DNA of 64,000 nt from Trichoplax adhaerens (lineage: Eukaryota > Animalia > Placozoa). The notes beneath the pieces were generated by a model that saw nothing but the letters and a program-made list of their open reading frames with translations, was not told the DNA's origin and did not search any database. The stretch is from positions 903,693 to 967,692 of the forward strand of contig NW_002060953.1 of the NCBI RefSeq assembly GCF_000150275.1, given 5' to 3'. Both the position numbers and the translations under genes were made by a program. How positions within the stretch are numbered: the stretch's first letter is position 1; every line of letters starts with the position of its first letter. Positions 39,180 to 53,100 of this stretch are shown here, piece by piece.

Positions 39180-42100
39180 CTTTTCCTTCACTCAATTCAA
39201 AAGTATGTTAGTGAAAGACTTGAACGACAGGTTAGAGACAAATAAGATTGAAATCAAGCTTCGTTGCAACCATGAATGACTAATCATCGGATCGATATTA
39301 TCTCTGCGTATTCATGAGGTTATGTCGGAATGGTTGTACTTGCGTGCTAGTCGTAGTTCAACAGAACAACATCAATTATTCCATTATACACAATTTTCAA
39401 GCATCAACAAATCAACTTCTACAATATCGTCTATCAATTTCGCATGGAAGATTATCCGAAAATCATTCAATCAATCTCTGTCAATGATTACTGAAGACAA
39501 CGCTATCGGACATTCGTGTGCTGACATCAATCAATACCAAACAAAGTCCAAGGAGTAGACTAATTGACGTGTACATTAACAAAATGCACTCCATCTTACA
39601 AACAGATTATACTCGTAATCATAATAACCATCCAACAGCAATCGTTTTATTCTAATAGACAATAGCAAATGAATGCTAGCCACATCAATGATAGTGCAAA
39701 ATAAGAAAGGATGCTTGTAATATAGTTTCGTTGGAGTCGTTTACCTATCTATAATTTCTATTTTTACTTGAAATACAATGTACTGTATAATGATGGATAC
39801 CCAAACGGAATAGGTCACTTACCAATAGATGTTTTAAAAATCGGCTAATAACAACTTGATGATTTTGCTGGGACGTCGATTTAATCCTATCAATCCGACT
39901 GCGCGTTGCTTATTGCAAACAGGAGCAAGTGGATAAAAAGAGAATCGACAGGTGACATAAAACTCTACTCGGCTAAACAGCTCTATCCAACTGCATATAC
40001 ACTAAATACACGCTTTGATCAGCGATTACAGACTACTAACTCATTGGTTATTTCGTACCTATAAGTAGTCCTTGCAAAGTCCTGCATGAGGAAGGGCACT
40101 ACTGATAACCATGAAGCTTGCTTGGCTACAAATCCCAGTTGAACCTGCGGCCATGCCGCGCTTTTACTCTTTAGTCTCATGTGGATGATGTAATAGCTGA
40201 CGGATAAAGGTTGCTATAGTAACTGCACCATTAAATTAGGGTTTTATTAATTAACTTATGCTTTGCTAGGTCCTCTATATTATATTGCTGTACCGCGTAC
40301 AGGTACTCCTCTCTTTAGTATATAGTTTATATCGCTATATTATGATCTAATGGCGACGCCTAAATTAAACTACTTAATTCAATCTATTGACGAAAAATTG
40401 AATGTATACTCAAAGCTCTCGAGGCTGACCATTGACTGAACTACTGACCTTTAAATTTCTACATTATCCATGATAGACACTTGTTGATTACTTAAATATG
40501 TGGGCTCTCTCTGCATAAGCTAGATGCACCGTAAGCGTCCACCAAAATGGGTAATAGCCTTAAATATCGTTTAATTGTAATTCTGAATTATTAATATATA
40601 CGTTAAAATATCTATACAGAACAGAGAAAAGATACTAAAGTTCATATACAATCATCTTAGTAGGATTCTATAAAATGCTTTTTAGTAGGTGTATTTGTAT
40701 AAGGCTTGTTATGAGCTGCGGCTCTCGTTTGCAAAAATTAATTTAAGGACATATTTCTACGATCGTATTTTGTTGATAAGAAATATTCCTCATTCCGTTC
40801 TATTCAGTCTTGGTAACCCTAATCGAAAACTAAATATCCATACCAAATAATTATTGCAATACCGCTACTTTATGCAGCGCATGAGTATAATGCACTTTAT
40901 TCCTATACGATTTTTTTAGTGGGTTACTTCTCATTCTACCTTCGACACGAATCATGTTCCAAAATGTACAGTGGGACAACTAAATATTGGTAAAGGGCTA
41001 CAATTAGCGGCAAATTTATGTTATTTTTAAATAAAATTAGGTTTCTTTGCAATGACTTGTGCATAGTCATAAGACCTTATGAAATTAAAACAGCTCTAAT
41101 TTGTATTAGTTTTATTAAATACGAGTTTAAGATTAACCTACGAGTATCTTCCCTACTAAATTTCTATGTCTTGTTAGCTTAGTAAGCCGTCAATCATGTT
41201 ATTTGCAAAAGTTCATTGGCATCATGCCAATGAACTATTGCATGGGTAGATACAAGTTACCAACAAAATATCGTTCTCTCTAAGTAAGGATAGTTGACAT
41301 ATAATCCTTATCCATTTTCTTCTATTACAGGCATTGCAGTACAACAGGGCACTATCCTCTCAGCACTTACGCTCGCTGCATTCTCGCGCCAAAGAAGATT
41401 CTTAGTCAACAAGTTCAGCTTTGATCTATGCTCACAGAACTCATTCTCAAGGATAGGTAATCATTTCTACGAGCATACCTTAATAGCTTTCAACAAACAA
41501 GAGAAGTATTTTATGATCGAAGTAGAGTAAAGTAAGATCAAATTAAAATCTGACAGGATTGGCGTGAGTACTGTTTGGCCTGATTGCAAATTGCATGCTA
41601 TCGATACAAGATGCAATCCTTCATACATACTGGAAGTACTGCAAATCCATAGCAATCCTACATGATTACTACCTTAATTTTATTCAATAATTAACAATCA
41701 ATGAGTTGTTAATATACGCCGTTTAAAGAAAATATTTAGTATACTTTTATAAACTGTTTGACAAATGACAGTAAAAAATCAACGGAATACAGTAGCGCAC
41801 GATGAAGATGATATCAAGCGATTCAGCAAGATGGCTTAGTTATTGGACTCATCGTCGATGATGATCGCCAATTAAACAGTGGCCAACAGTAATTTCTGCT
41901 ATCGGAAGAACAATCTTCATATTAATTCAAGGAGGCTAAAAGATGTAACATAAAAAGAATCATCTACGCTTACTTCTCGTATGCACTAATTTGCACTACT
42001 TTAACATAGATGTCGAAGGCACGCTAATGTTGGCTTCAGACGATAGAGCTAAAATGGACATGGTTAGTACTTTCATCAACTACATGGAGGAGAATTGCCA

Positions 42101-43476
42101 AGTCTATGCTATACATGCATGCTTACAAATTATTTCTAGTCAAAATAATATACCAATCTCAGCTCTAAAAATGCTGCACAGTGCAAAATGGAACAGAGAA
42201 TTTGGACAGTCTCCACGCTGTACTATGTAATTTTAAGTAAACTACTTCTTAAAGCTTCCTAAACTGTTTCTACATGAAGTTGATACCAATGCAATAAGTT
42301 CAAAACCAATATTGAGCAGTTAACTGGTAATATCAGGGTAACTTGCTCAACTCTGGTTAAAACAGGTGATGACATTTTACAGGTGCACTAGCTGTACTAC
42401 CATCTTGTACCAAGTACTAACTCGTCTAAAATAATCAAGACAGGAGCATTCTCGTGGAAGCTGATATGCTATCGAAACTGCGATTTGATGCAGTACACTA
42501 ATGTATTTTAGCTTATAAACTGTCCGTTTACTGTACAAGACTAATCAATTTCTCCATGAGGAGTACTAGAGTAGCTTGTCAAACTTGGGTAATAGCAACA
42601 AAGGTTGTACCCACTCCATGAGCAGTGGCGCTCGACGATTACAGGAAAGGTGCCAATGGTGCAATTTTAAACGAACCATAAACGGATTCTACTTGATTTT
42701 ATTCATTTGATCTTCCATTTACTCAAATTATTCAAGAGTCTTTTGCTCGTTTTAGCTCATACTGTCTTGATGAAATGTCGTACAAATTGGCAGGACAAGC
42801 CTGGAGTGAGATGGAAAGTTCAAATACAGTAAAGCAATTTCGTCTTAATTTCGTACTTCGTAGCAATCATGACTAGAAGCTATTCACAGTCGATAACTGG
42901 CAATTAACTAGCTCTTCTTACAATTCATTATAGCAAACGATTTCTTTATTGTCAGGATCTTTATGACTTTCATAAAAGTAGGTTAATTTTACCGTCTGAA
43001 ACAACGCCACTTTGCATAAAATAGTACAGCATGAACAAGTTTAACTCACGATTAGTACAAGCAAAAATGAATAGAAACCGTAATTAAGATACAATTTAGA
43101 ATACTTTACAATTATAAATGTTTATCCTTCACCAGCAATTTGTGAGTGCTTCATAAGTATTTAAAGTAAATTTATGATGCTTATAATGTCGTCATTTCGT
43201 TGTGCACAGGAATAAAATGTTAAAAACTTAATTTTTACATCAGCAGATTCTTACACAAAACGTGATTGTGATGGCAAAGCTGAAAGATTGAAATCAATCA
43301 CATTAAGCATTGCTAATATTGTCCATTAAATTGTTGGTTTATTTCAATCAAGGCGAAATAAAACATTATTTTCTTATAACGCTAATTATTTTGATCTTGA
43401 AAAAATGCAAATAAGCACAAATAGACCATCAATAAATTAGAATCTACACTATAGTAGACGAAAGAAGATTAGTCCT

Positions 43477-46400
43477 CTAGGAATTTTGTTCTTTTGGGAT
43501 AATAATATCATTTCTGTCAATCGTTTCCAAAGCGTTCCGCAATAGATTAAGAGTAGCATTTGGGTATTTCCTTCTGTACCACTGATTAAGCGATTGGATG
43601 GCACTGTTATAGGTATGACCACGATGTTTTGCTTCGATAACCTCAGTATCAATTGTTGGATCTAGGACTGTAGCTAATTTTGTCCAGTCTATACCAACAC
43701 AACTAGCGATCGAGTGAAAATAGTTTCTAGGATCTATAAGGCACGAATGAATATATTACCACATACGTCATCTTAAAATTACTAATTGAAATTATCTTAT
43801 CATGGACTAGCCGAACCCGCATACCCAGCTGTGTGCTATCAATATGACTCAATAATATAAGGAAGTACCACATGATTTAAATGTGGATACATTTGTTTTA
43901 ATTTAACCTAATTCATTTCACGTATTGTTGGATACTCGCAAGTAAAGTAGTGGAGTAGTAGTTTATATGTTCTAATTATAATCTGAAATATTCGTTGGCA
44001 TTCTAATTAGCTAGCAGAACTTTGTGCGATAATATCATACATAATAATCACTTCTAGTCACTATTATAATTAAATGGGCAAATTAATTACTATAATTATG
44101 AATAGAAAACGGTTTAATTGACACTTACCGTCATCTCTCACATCTATCCATCGCTCTAAAGGAATGAAATAAAGAATAGGAATAATAAATTGGCAGTTCT
44201 ATGGTAGTTGAATTGAAGCAAATAGTAAAAGTGATGCACAGTAAAATGAAATGTACACCTAGAAACGGTTTACAGAGAATGCTCTCTTCCTCTTTCTCTA
44301 TTTATGCGCTCTAAAACCTCTATATATGCGTGTCCTATAAAGCTATGGAACTGATTAGCTACGATCTAAAATTAAGAACATTCTCATACTTCTGATGGTA
44401 ATGAATACTTTTGATGTTACAAAGCAATTGCGGAAAAAATTCAATGAGTTCTATATTGCCAAGTAAACAGACTATAATAGATGAACTGGCTATACCGAAA
44501 GATTGCTATCTATTTATTATTAATAAGAAATATATATAAATTATAATTAGTAAATACTACCACTTCATCAACTATTATAGATTGTACAATAATTATTGCA
44601 ACTTGAGAACTAAATTAAGATGGAGATCATTGCCACTCTACTTAATCTCGGATGTGATTGAGCTCGATTGCATTAGTGTTTTGCTACAGATTAAGCAAAG
44701 GTGATGTTGTAATAATCTTATTGTAGTGTGTAGGAAACGTTTTAACCATCGAACACTTGATATTACGAATAACTTAGGCTAGCGCTCTTGTCAGATACAT
44801 GACGGTAAAAAAAGACGTGGCAATAACAAAGCTACTGGCTGATTTTATATCCTTACCTATCGATAACTCTTTATTATAAATCATCCAATCGTGGAGAGAT
44901 TGACTAGCAAATTGCTGAGTACAATACTCGCATCGAATCCAATTGCTGTCTTCTTCTCTATATTCTTCGGCTATACTTATTTCTTCATTACACTCGTTAC
45001 ATTTAACGTAAAATCGGCAACGAGCCCCTTGAAATTTTATCATCCTTTTATCCACAATGGAGATAAGCTTATTCTTGACAATATCGTGCGGCCGCTTGTT
45101 AAATATAGAATTCTTAACTTTGTCGATCACCAATTTACCAATGTCCAGCTGATTGATTTTCTGATAGCAATATTGTAAACCAATGTAAGGCCCTTCTTTC
45201 TTAATTATCAGGTAATGATCATCATTTGCTAAATAATATTTAGCGCATTGATAATATAATTCTACAACCTTGTTATTCCATTGTATTAAACAAGATGATA
45301 GCAGGCTGTGATAAATTCCATATGGAATATCTCCTTTCTCGTATCCGATGTAAAGCCAATCTGAGGCATGATATTTACGCAAATCAAAGGGCTTAACATT
45401 ACGTGGTAACAAGTATGGAACAAAATATTGCCACTCTTCTGTAGTATCATCCAGTTCATTTCTAATACAAAATAGGATATCATAAGATTCCATGAGTTGC
45501 AATATAATTTCCTTACTATTTTCATCTAAATTAAATCGATTAAGGGCGTTATCAACGTATCTTCTTGATAATTTTCCTGTTTTATAGGCTATATTATAAT
45601 CTTGCTTTGCTTGTAGACTTCCTTGTCGATGATCTTTTAATTGAATAATGGCACGAAATATATTTAATAACCAGTCGACATTAGTTATAACCATCCCGTT
45701 ATCGCCTATTTTATCACAGTAGATTACCTCTCCTAATTCGTGTAGATACATTAGCACTGCTCTCAATTCATCATAACTGTCATATAATCCACATTCTTGT
45801 GATAAGGTTACTATTTGTTGCATAGTCATAATATTACGTACTTGAGTGTCTTGAATTTGGTTAATAATAGAAGACATGCCTTGATTATGATGACTACGGA
45901 TACATTTATTCAGTATTGTAGCCATAATATATCGTCGAAAAGGAAATGGTTCATGAATAAATTGTAATGAAAACGAAAATGTCTTAATAATATGATGTAA
46001 ACGATTGCAACATTCTCGGCGCTGATCTACTGCTGATGGACTGCTATCATTAAGATTGCAATTGAAAATAATATTAGAAGAGTAGATGCTGCTCGTATAA
46101 GACGGCATAGAAGAGATCAATTCATCGACATACTCATCATATCGACGATTTCGTTCTTCACTTCTGTTGTACAATCACTGTGAGAAGCTACCAGAATAAT
46201 GATAGGTAAGGAAAATTCTGCATCCCTGTCATCAATATTAACGTAAACTTGGTTTCGACTGCTGTGGTAACATATTATTGATACCAGCAATTCTTGAATA
46301 GCTTGCGAATAGGTCATATTGAGTAATTGCCCTTCTCTTGTCTTAACTAGATCTTTGACACCTTGCTCAATACTAAATACAAGAAAATAAATACTATTGG

Positions 46401-48629
46401 AAGACCTAAATAGATATTGACAAACGTGGTAAATAGCTGGATCACTGAAATCCCATACTTTCACATATTGATTATCTTCAAATTTGTCTTTATTTTCGTT
46501 TATTCTAGGCGCATAAGATTCTGCAAAACTAAATTTAGACTCAGTCTTATTAGAAGCATCTGCTATATTATCACTACTCATAGAAGACTGCTTATCGTCA
46601 TCCTTTACAATGGTTAAAGATAGATTATCTGCCATTGTTAGCTGATCTTGTTGACTTTTATTTGATTTTTGCATGTCGTTATTTTGTTGACTTTCTAGCT
46701 CTGCTACGGAAAATTCTCTTATAGCGGTCTTGATTTTATCATCTAACACCTCAGTAAAATTATATGTCTTTGAATTTTGAAGACAATAAAATTGATTGAA
46801 TTCAGTTTTCAATATGCCATCAGAATGATTAACAACTTTATCTGGAGGTTTATTCTTGTTTGATTCTTGTTGAGTAAACACTTTCGCAATAGATGATTTG
46901 CCAATACTAGGTGGGCCAATAAACTTACCATGTATCAAATCATTAAAGCAGTAGCAATTATTCAAGGCTTTATTGTATAGATTATAATATTTCTTTTCTC
47001 CTAAAACTGTAAATTGAAACGGAAGTTAGAAGAATGATACACAGATTAGACAGTATTTATTTATATTGGCTATGTAAATTAACATACTAAAAAATCAACT
47101 ACAAGTTTACCTTCATCTTCTGTGTGTCGAATAATATCACTATCAGGATTGCTACCGTTACTATTCCTATTTGTTAACGTTGTAAGATTGTTAGCATCGG
47201 TGCCTGTAAACACTCCAAACCATCTAACCAAATCGTCGAAATATCTTTCAGCTAGTGTTGTACTTTGATAATAATGTGCTTGTTGCTGCTGACGAGTTGT
47301 TGCGACATGATTTCTAGTCATCTTAACGTAGGGATGATTCTCGCCTAAAGCCGGTAGGATAGCTTTAATTGTCTTGTGAAACATAGAAAGTGCCTCATCG
47401 TACTTGCCCTGTTCCTTATAGATAACCCCTTGGCCGTTATATAATTCAGCAATAAAGCTATAATCGAAATCGACGGCTGACGGTCGAATTTGCATGGATT
47501 TATTATATATCGAAAGAGCGTCTTCATACCTGTTTAGATCTATATATATTTTTGCTATACCAAATAATGTCTTTGCAATTTCGGGATGATCGCGATTAAG
47601 CGTTGATAGTTGCATTTGAAGTGATTTCTCAAGGATACCACTGGCAAGATTGTATTGGCCTTGTTTGACATAGACATTTCCAAATTTGCGATATGCTCGA
47701 GCAATAGCAAAATGATTTTTTTGGGGAAAGATTGTATGTCTCATATCTAGTGACAAGTTATATTTAGAAATAGCCTGTTGATAGTCCCCATTATTGCTAC
47801 CAACATCCCCCATATGCTCATAAGTGTCCGCAATATGGGCATGATTTTTAGAAAGGAGTGCTAATCGAATGTATAATACATTATTTAGCATCGTAAAAGC
47901 CACTTTATGCTGGCCAAGATATGAGCGACAAACTGCCATTATCTGAAGTGAATTCGCTATAAGAAGATGACGATTACCGAATAAGCGCAATCGAATTTTG
48001 TGAGCAATATTTAGCATAGAAAGTGCCTTTTTAAAATTGCCTTGCCGCACATAAAAAATTCCTTCCGTATGATAGGAGTATGCGATATCGGGATGGTTTT
48101 CATCCAATACCTTCAATCGGATTTCTCGTGCTTTTCGAATCATAGCCAGCGATTCTTGATATTTGCCGCCATCGTCGTAAATACGTGCAAGTTGATGATA
48201 GGAATGAGCAACATCTGTATGGAGGTATGTACCTAGGTAGTTTATTTTTATATCCAGAGATTTGCCACAGCATTCGAGCGCTTTATCGAAATCACCTTGC
48301 CATCTTAAAATTAAAGCTTGCTTATCTAAATAATGGGCTATTCTGATTTTATCTTGCAGTTTGTCAGCTAGATATTTCCCTATATCGTAGTATGATTTAG
48401 CTGTTTCCCATTGATTTTTTAACGTGTAAATATAACAAATATGAAGATAGATATCACATCGAAGTCGATCAATATTATCGCAAGGAGTAGATATCGATTC
48501 AATATGATCTAAGGCTTGTCTATAGTGAACTAGAGCTTCCTCTAGATTATAAAAAGTAACATATTCTTGGCCCTTTTCGCAAAGTGATTGTATATCATTC
48601 GGAAACTGTGTTAATAGATCTTCATCCAT
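43477..48629 (-). pseudogene. TPR-Roc-COR-zinc ribbon-death domain gene, copy C, with a single frameshift and degenerate G motifs
   Basis: Exons 48629-47111 (7 diverged 42-aa TPRs), 47006-44857 (2150 nt, one base short; frame break near 46160), 44155-44129 (ERWIDVRDD) and 43733-43477 (type-B death domain DPRNYFHSIASCVGIDWTKLATVLDP...). G1 GPPSIGKSS, G3 WDFSDP. Confidence 0.8.
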
Positions 48630-50101
48630 CTGTTTCAATTTGATGTGAAGAAAAAGCAATCAATAGGTATATTAAAAGAGATTAGCTACTCTAGCTTATA
48701 ATATCAAAACTGAATCGATTCTAGACTCTAAGGAAAGTTAGAAGAACGATAATTAAATTAGACTTAGTTGTATTGCAATGCACACCAAATTATATCGTAC
48801 TTCACAACAATTGCCAGACTATAATATCATTTTATTTTCGATCTAATTTTATGCTAATATATATACGTAACATATATATATTAATAATGGTCAGCATCTA
48901 TTCTATAATTAATAATGGTCAGCATCTATTCTATTACCTCTATTGTCAATATCAGTGAAAGAGTAGGTAGTAATGATTGACGAGTAAAGATTACCATAGT
49001 AACTTGAACGACAGATAATTGTTAAACAAAATCATTGGTGAGTATTTAAATCTAGAGCTCCTCCTATATAGGAGAAAATCAATGATGGTTCATGCTTCTA
49101 CTAAAAGTCTTCTACTTAATTGGGTCTTTGGTAATTTATTCAATAATTACTTTTTACGAATTCATCGTTATCTTGTAAGGGCGCTCGGATCTATCTATAA
49201 TATTTTATTTACATATTTTTAATCAAATTTGAGTTTTTATTCATGGTCTCTGTTGTTATTACTTTGGATCAAAGTTTAAGCATTGGGCTATCGACAGCAA
49301 AACTTACATAAGTCATTCTAAATGCGTATACTTTAGTCATCAGCTGTTGTTACACAGAAAGTTTTCAATTTACCTTCAATAAGATTTTGCTTCAGTAACA
49401 TACTGCAAAACCAAGTAGGATACGTTAAAAATTTATTGCACGCAAGTACGCTCTATAAAAGTATGTAGAACAGGTTTAAAGTCAATCCGCTGTCTTTATA
49501 ACACTTGCCCTGTAGCATAAGATCATTTTATCATCTAGTGAACTACATCCAGGATTGATAATAAATTGACAGTATATCATGCCGTTAATATTCTAAAGTT
49601 TTTCTACTTTTCATAGACATGGATAAACTACTTGTCCTGTAACGATTTTTTTTATGATTATCATAAGATTTTACCCACAGTCAATTTGGTTATAAGCTCA
49701 CTGTTGTACGCGTGAACTGAAAATAAAATTACGTGCTATCTAAATTAGCTGAATAATAATTGCAATATTAAACGACAAATGAACGAGCTAACTAGCCACT
49801 ACTGATGTAGTTAATTCTACATATGAGTACATACATCTAAAACTTGACTTCAAATACCTGTTATATCAATTATTGCAAAGTTAATAAATTTTAAAATACC
49901 AGTAGCTATGAAAATAACAAACGTAGATATTACTTGATTATGAATTTCTATTTTATTCGTTAACATTTGAAGCATTCGAAAGTGTACTTTACAGCATATC
50001 AAATATCAGAGTTTTACATTGACAAGATCTAATTCTGAGCTCTATTATTTTGCAATTACAAATGTGTCTCGGTTAGTAAACCGCAAGAGAAGTTTGTATA
50101 T

Positions 50102-53100
50102 TTAGCAATTTTCGACCATTTTTTCTTCGACTTGGTTAGCTATAGTATTGATTTTCATCTTACGTAAAGCTGCAATAACTACAGAGATATCTGCATTTTG
50201 ACCAGCGCTATTTTTCCACAATATTAGAACTTTATACACCTTATCGTAGCGACTATGTTCCCGATTTAATTTAATTTCATCAATTTCTATGCTGGATAAA
50301 TGCAGCAAGACTCCTAAACGAAATAAATCATTTATATGGAGTTGCTTAGCTATGATGTCGAAGTACACAGTATCCATTTCTATATTGAAATAAAATTTAA
50401 AATATTAGTCACACTTCAAGTCTTCAGGGTTGTATCTGATCTGTGATGTAAAGCTAATACTAATCTTGAGCAATTCTTTTTCAGAACAACTGTAATTTTA
50501 ATACTACTTATGCAGGGTTTATCAAAATAAAACTGGAACTAATACTACTTGCTAGTATAGTCTTTTTAATAATCAATATTGGGTTAATTCAATTTTATTA
50601 TTATCATGAATTCTTACAAAAGTTTGTCCAAAAAATTCTTAAAGTAAATTAAATCAAAGAAATTATTCATGGTTGACTGACTATTTTACAGAGTAGATCA
50701 CTAATAGTTTGAATATTTTACTTGCAATTCTCTAAAATTAGTTTGTGTTATCGTTAACTAGCAGAACTTTATGCAATGATGTCAAAGACTAGATGAAAGA
50801 GTTTTATTTACTTAAGGTAGAATTCTTATAGAGAATATGCTCTCAATATTACTTCAATAATTCCAAAATTAATCACTGTAAACAATTTTGAAAGAATTAA
50901 ATGATAATAATTTAGTAGAAGCTTACCATTATCTTTTACATCTTTCCATCGCTCTAAACAAGTAAAATAAAACAAGAACAATCGATTAATAGTTTTGTAG
51001 TTGCTTTGATAGAAAGAGATTGTAAAATCATAAACATGTCAATGAAATGTATCACGTATATTTAGAAATAATTTATAAAAAGCTCTCTCTCTTTCTCTGC
51101 AGGTACCTATACATGCAGATATGCTATAGTAAGTTTTATATCCTGTACAAAGCTGAGGAATGAATTGGCTGTCATTTAATTTTAAACGGTGTTCTCATTT
51201 ACTAACATAGAAGAATATAATATGCTCCAAAGTAATGATGGATAAAATCTAGCCATTAGTATTTAACACATAAATGAATACAGCAGGATTAAGTTCTCAC
51301 CTCGAAATAGTACAAAATTATAATACGTTTTTAGTCACATGAAATATACATAAATTAGAAAATTTTTATAATTAATCCAGTGCAGCACACAAAGCGATAA
51401 TTAAGGTAATCTTCTAAATTACCTACATGATAGCATACATTTCCTTTGCTTTAATTACTTCAGCACATAATTCTGCTTATTTATATCAATGTTTTTATAT
51501 ATAAATAAGATAATCAAAAATAGAGTCATGATAATCACGATGTAAAAATAAATGTGCTAATTATTAAGAACACAGTAAAAGGAATGCGTAATGGAAGAGC
51601 TCTTGCTTATAGTACATTGCAATCGTAATAATGATAATAAAAAGAATATAAAAGCTATAAATTGTGTTCACATCCTTACCTATCCATAATTTTTCATTAT
51701 AAATCATCCAGTCGAGAAGAGATTGACTAGAAAACTGCATACTGCAATATTCACATCGAATCCAATTTATATCTTTTTCGTTATATTTATCGGCGATACT
51801 TGTCTCTTCACCACATTCACTACATTTAATGTAAAATCGACAACAAGCTCCTTTAAGCCTTACCATCCTACCATCCACAATCGAGATTAGTTTATTCTTA
51901 ACAATATCTTGTGGTCTGTTATGAAATATAGAATTCTTAACTTTGTCAATAACCGATTTGCCGATTTGTGGATGATTTATTTTCTGATAGCAATATTGTA
52001 AAGCGATGTGAGATTTCTCTTTCTTAACTATAAGATAGTAATCATCATCTACTAAATAATATTTGGCACATTGATAGTATAATTGTACTTTTGTGTTATT
52101 CCACTCTTTTAAACAAGAGGATAACAGACAATAATAAATTCCATCAGGAAGATATGGAAGATCGATATGTGCGTATCCAATGTACAGCCAATCTGATACA
52201 TGATATTTTGATAAATCAAATGGCTTTACATCATAATGCAACAGGTATGGAACAAAATATTGGCAATCCTCTCCATTATTACCCTTTTCATTTCTAACAG
52301 AGCAAAGAATATCATAAGCTTCCATCACTTTTAATATGGTTTCTTTACTAGTTTCATCTAAATTAAATTTTTTAATAGCATAATCGATGTATATTCTTGA
52401 TAATTTTCCTGTTTGGCTGGCTATCTCATATTCACGTTTTATCTGTAGACTTCCTTCTTGACGATCTTGTAATTGAATAACTGAACGAAATATATTTAAT
52501 AACCAATCGACGTTAGTTATAATAATTCCGTTATCGCCTACTTTATCACAGTATATTACTTCTCCTAAATCATGCAGATATATTAGCATTGCTTTTAATT
52601 CGTCATCACTTTCATATAATCCACATTCCTGAGACAAAGTTACTATTTGTTGCATTGTCATAATATCATGTACTCGAGAAGCTCGAATTTGATTCATAAC
52701 AACCGAGATCGCATGATTATGATGGTAACGGATAGATTTGTTTAATATTGTAGCCATAATGTACCATCGAATAGGAATAGGATTACGAATAAATGGCAAT
52801 GATTGTACAAATGTCTTGATAATATAATGCAAGCGAAGGCAACATTGTCGACGCTGTTCTTGTGTCGATGGACTAATATCATCAGGTTCGCAATCAAAAA
52901 TAATGCCAGAAGAGTAGATATTATTCTTATAGGAAGGCATAGATAGTAATAATGTTTTAACGAATTGATTAAATCGAGTTTGTCGATCTTCTTCGCTTGC
53001 AATACAATCACCATGAGAAGCTACTAGAATAATAATAGGCAATGAATATTCAGTATCTTCGTCATTGATGTTTACACTGATTGTACTTTGGCTTGTATGA

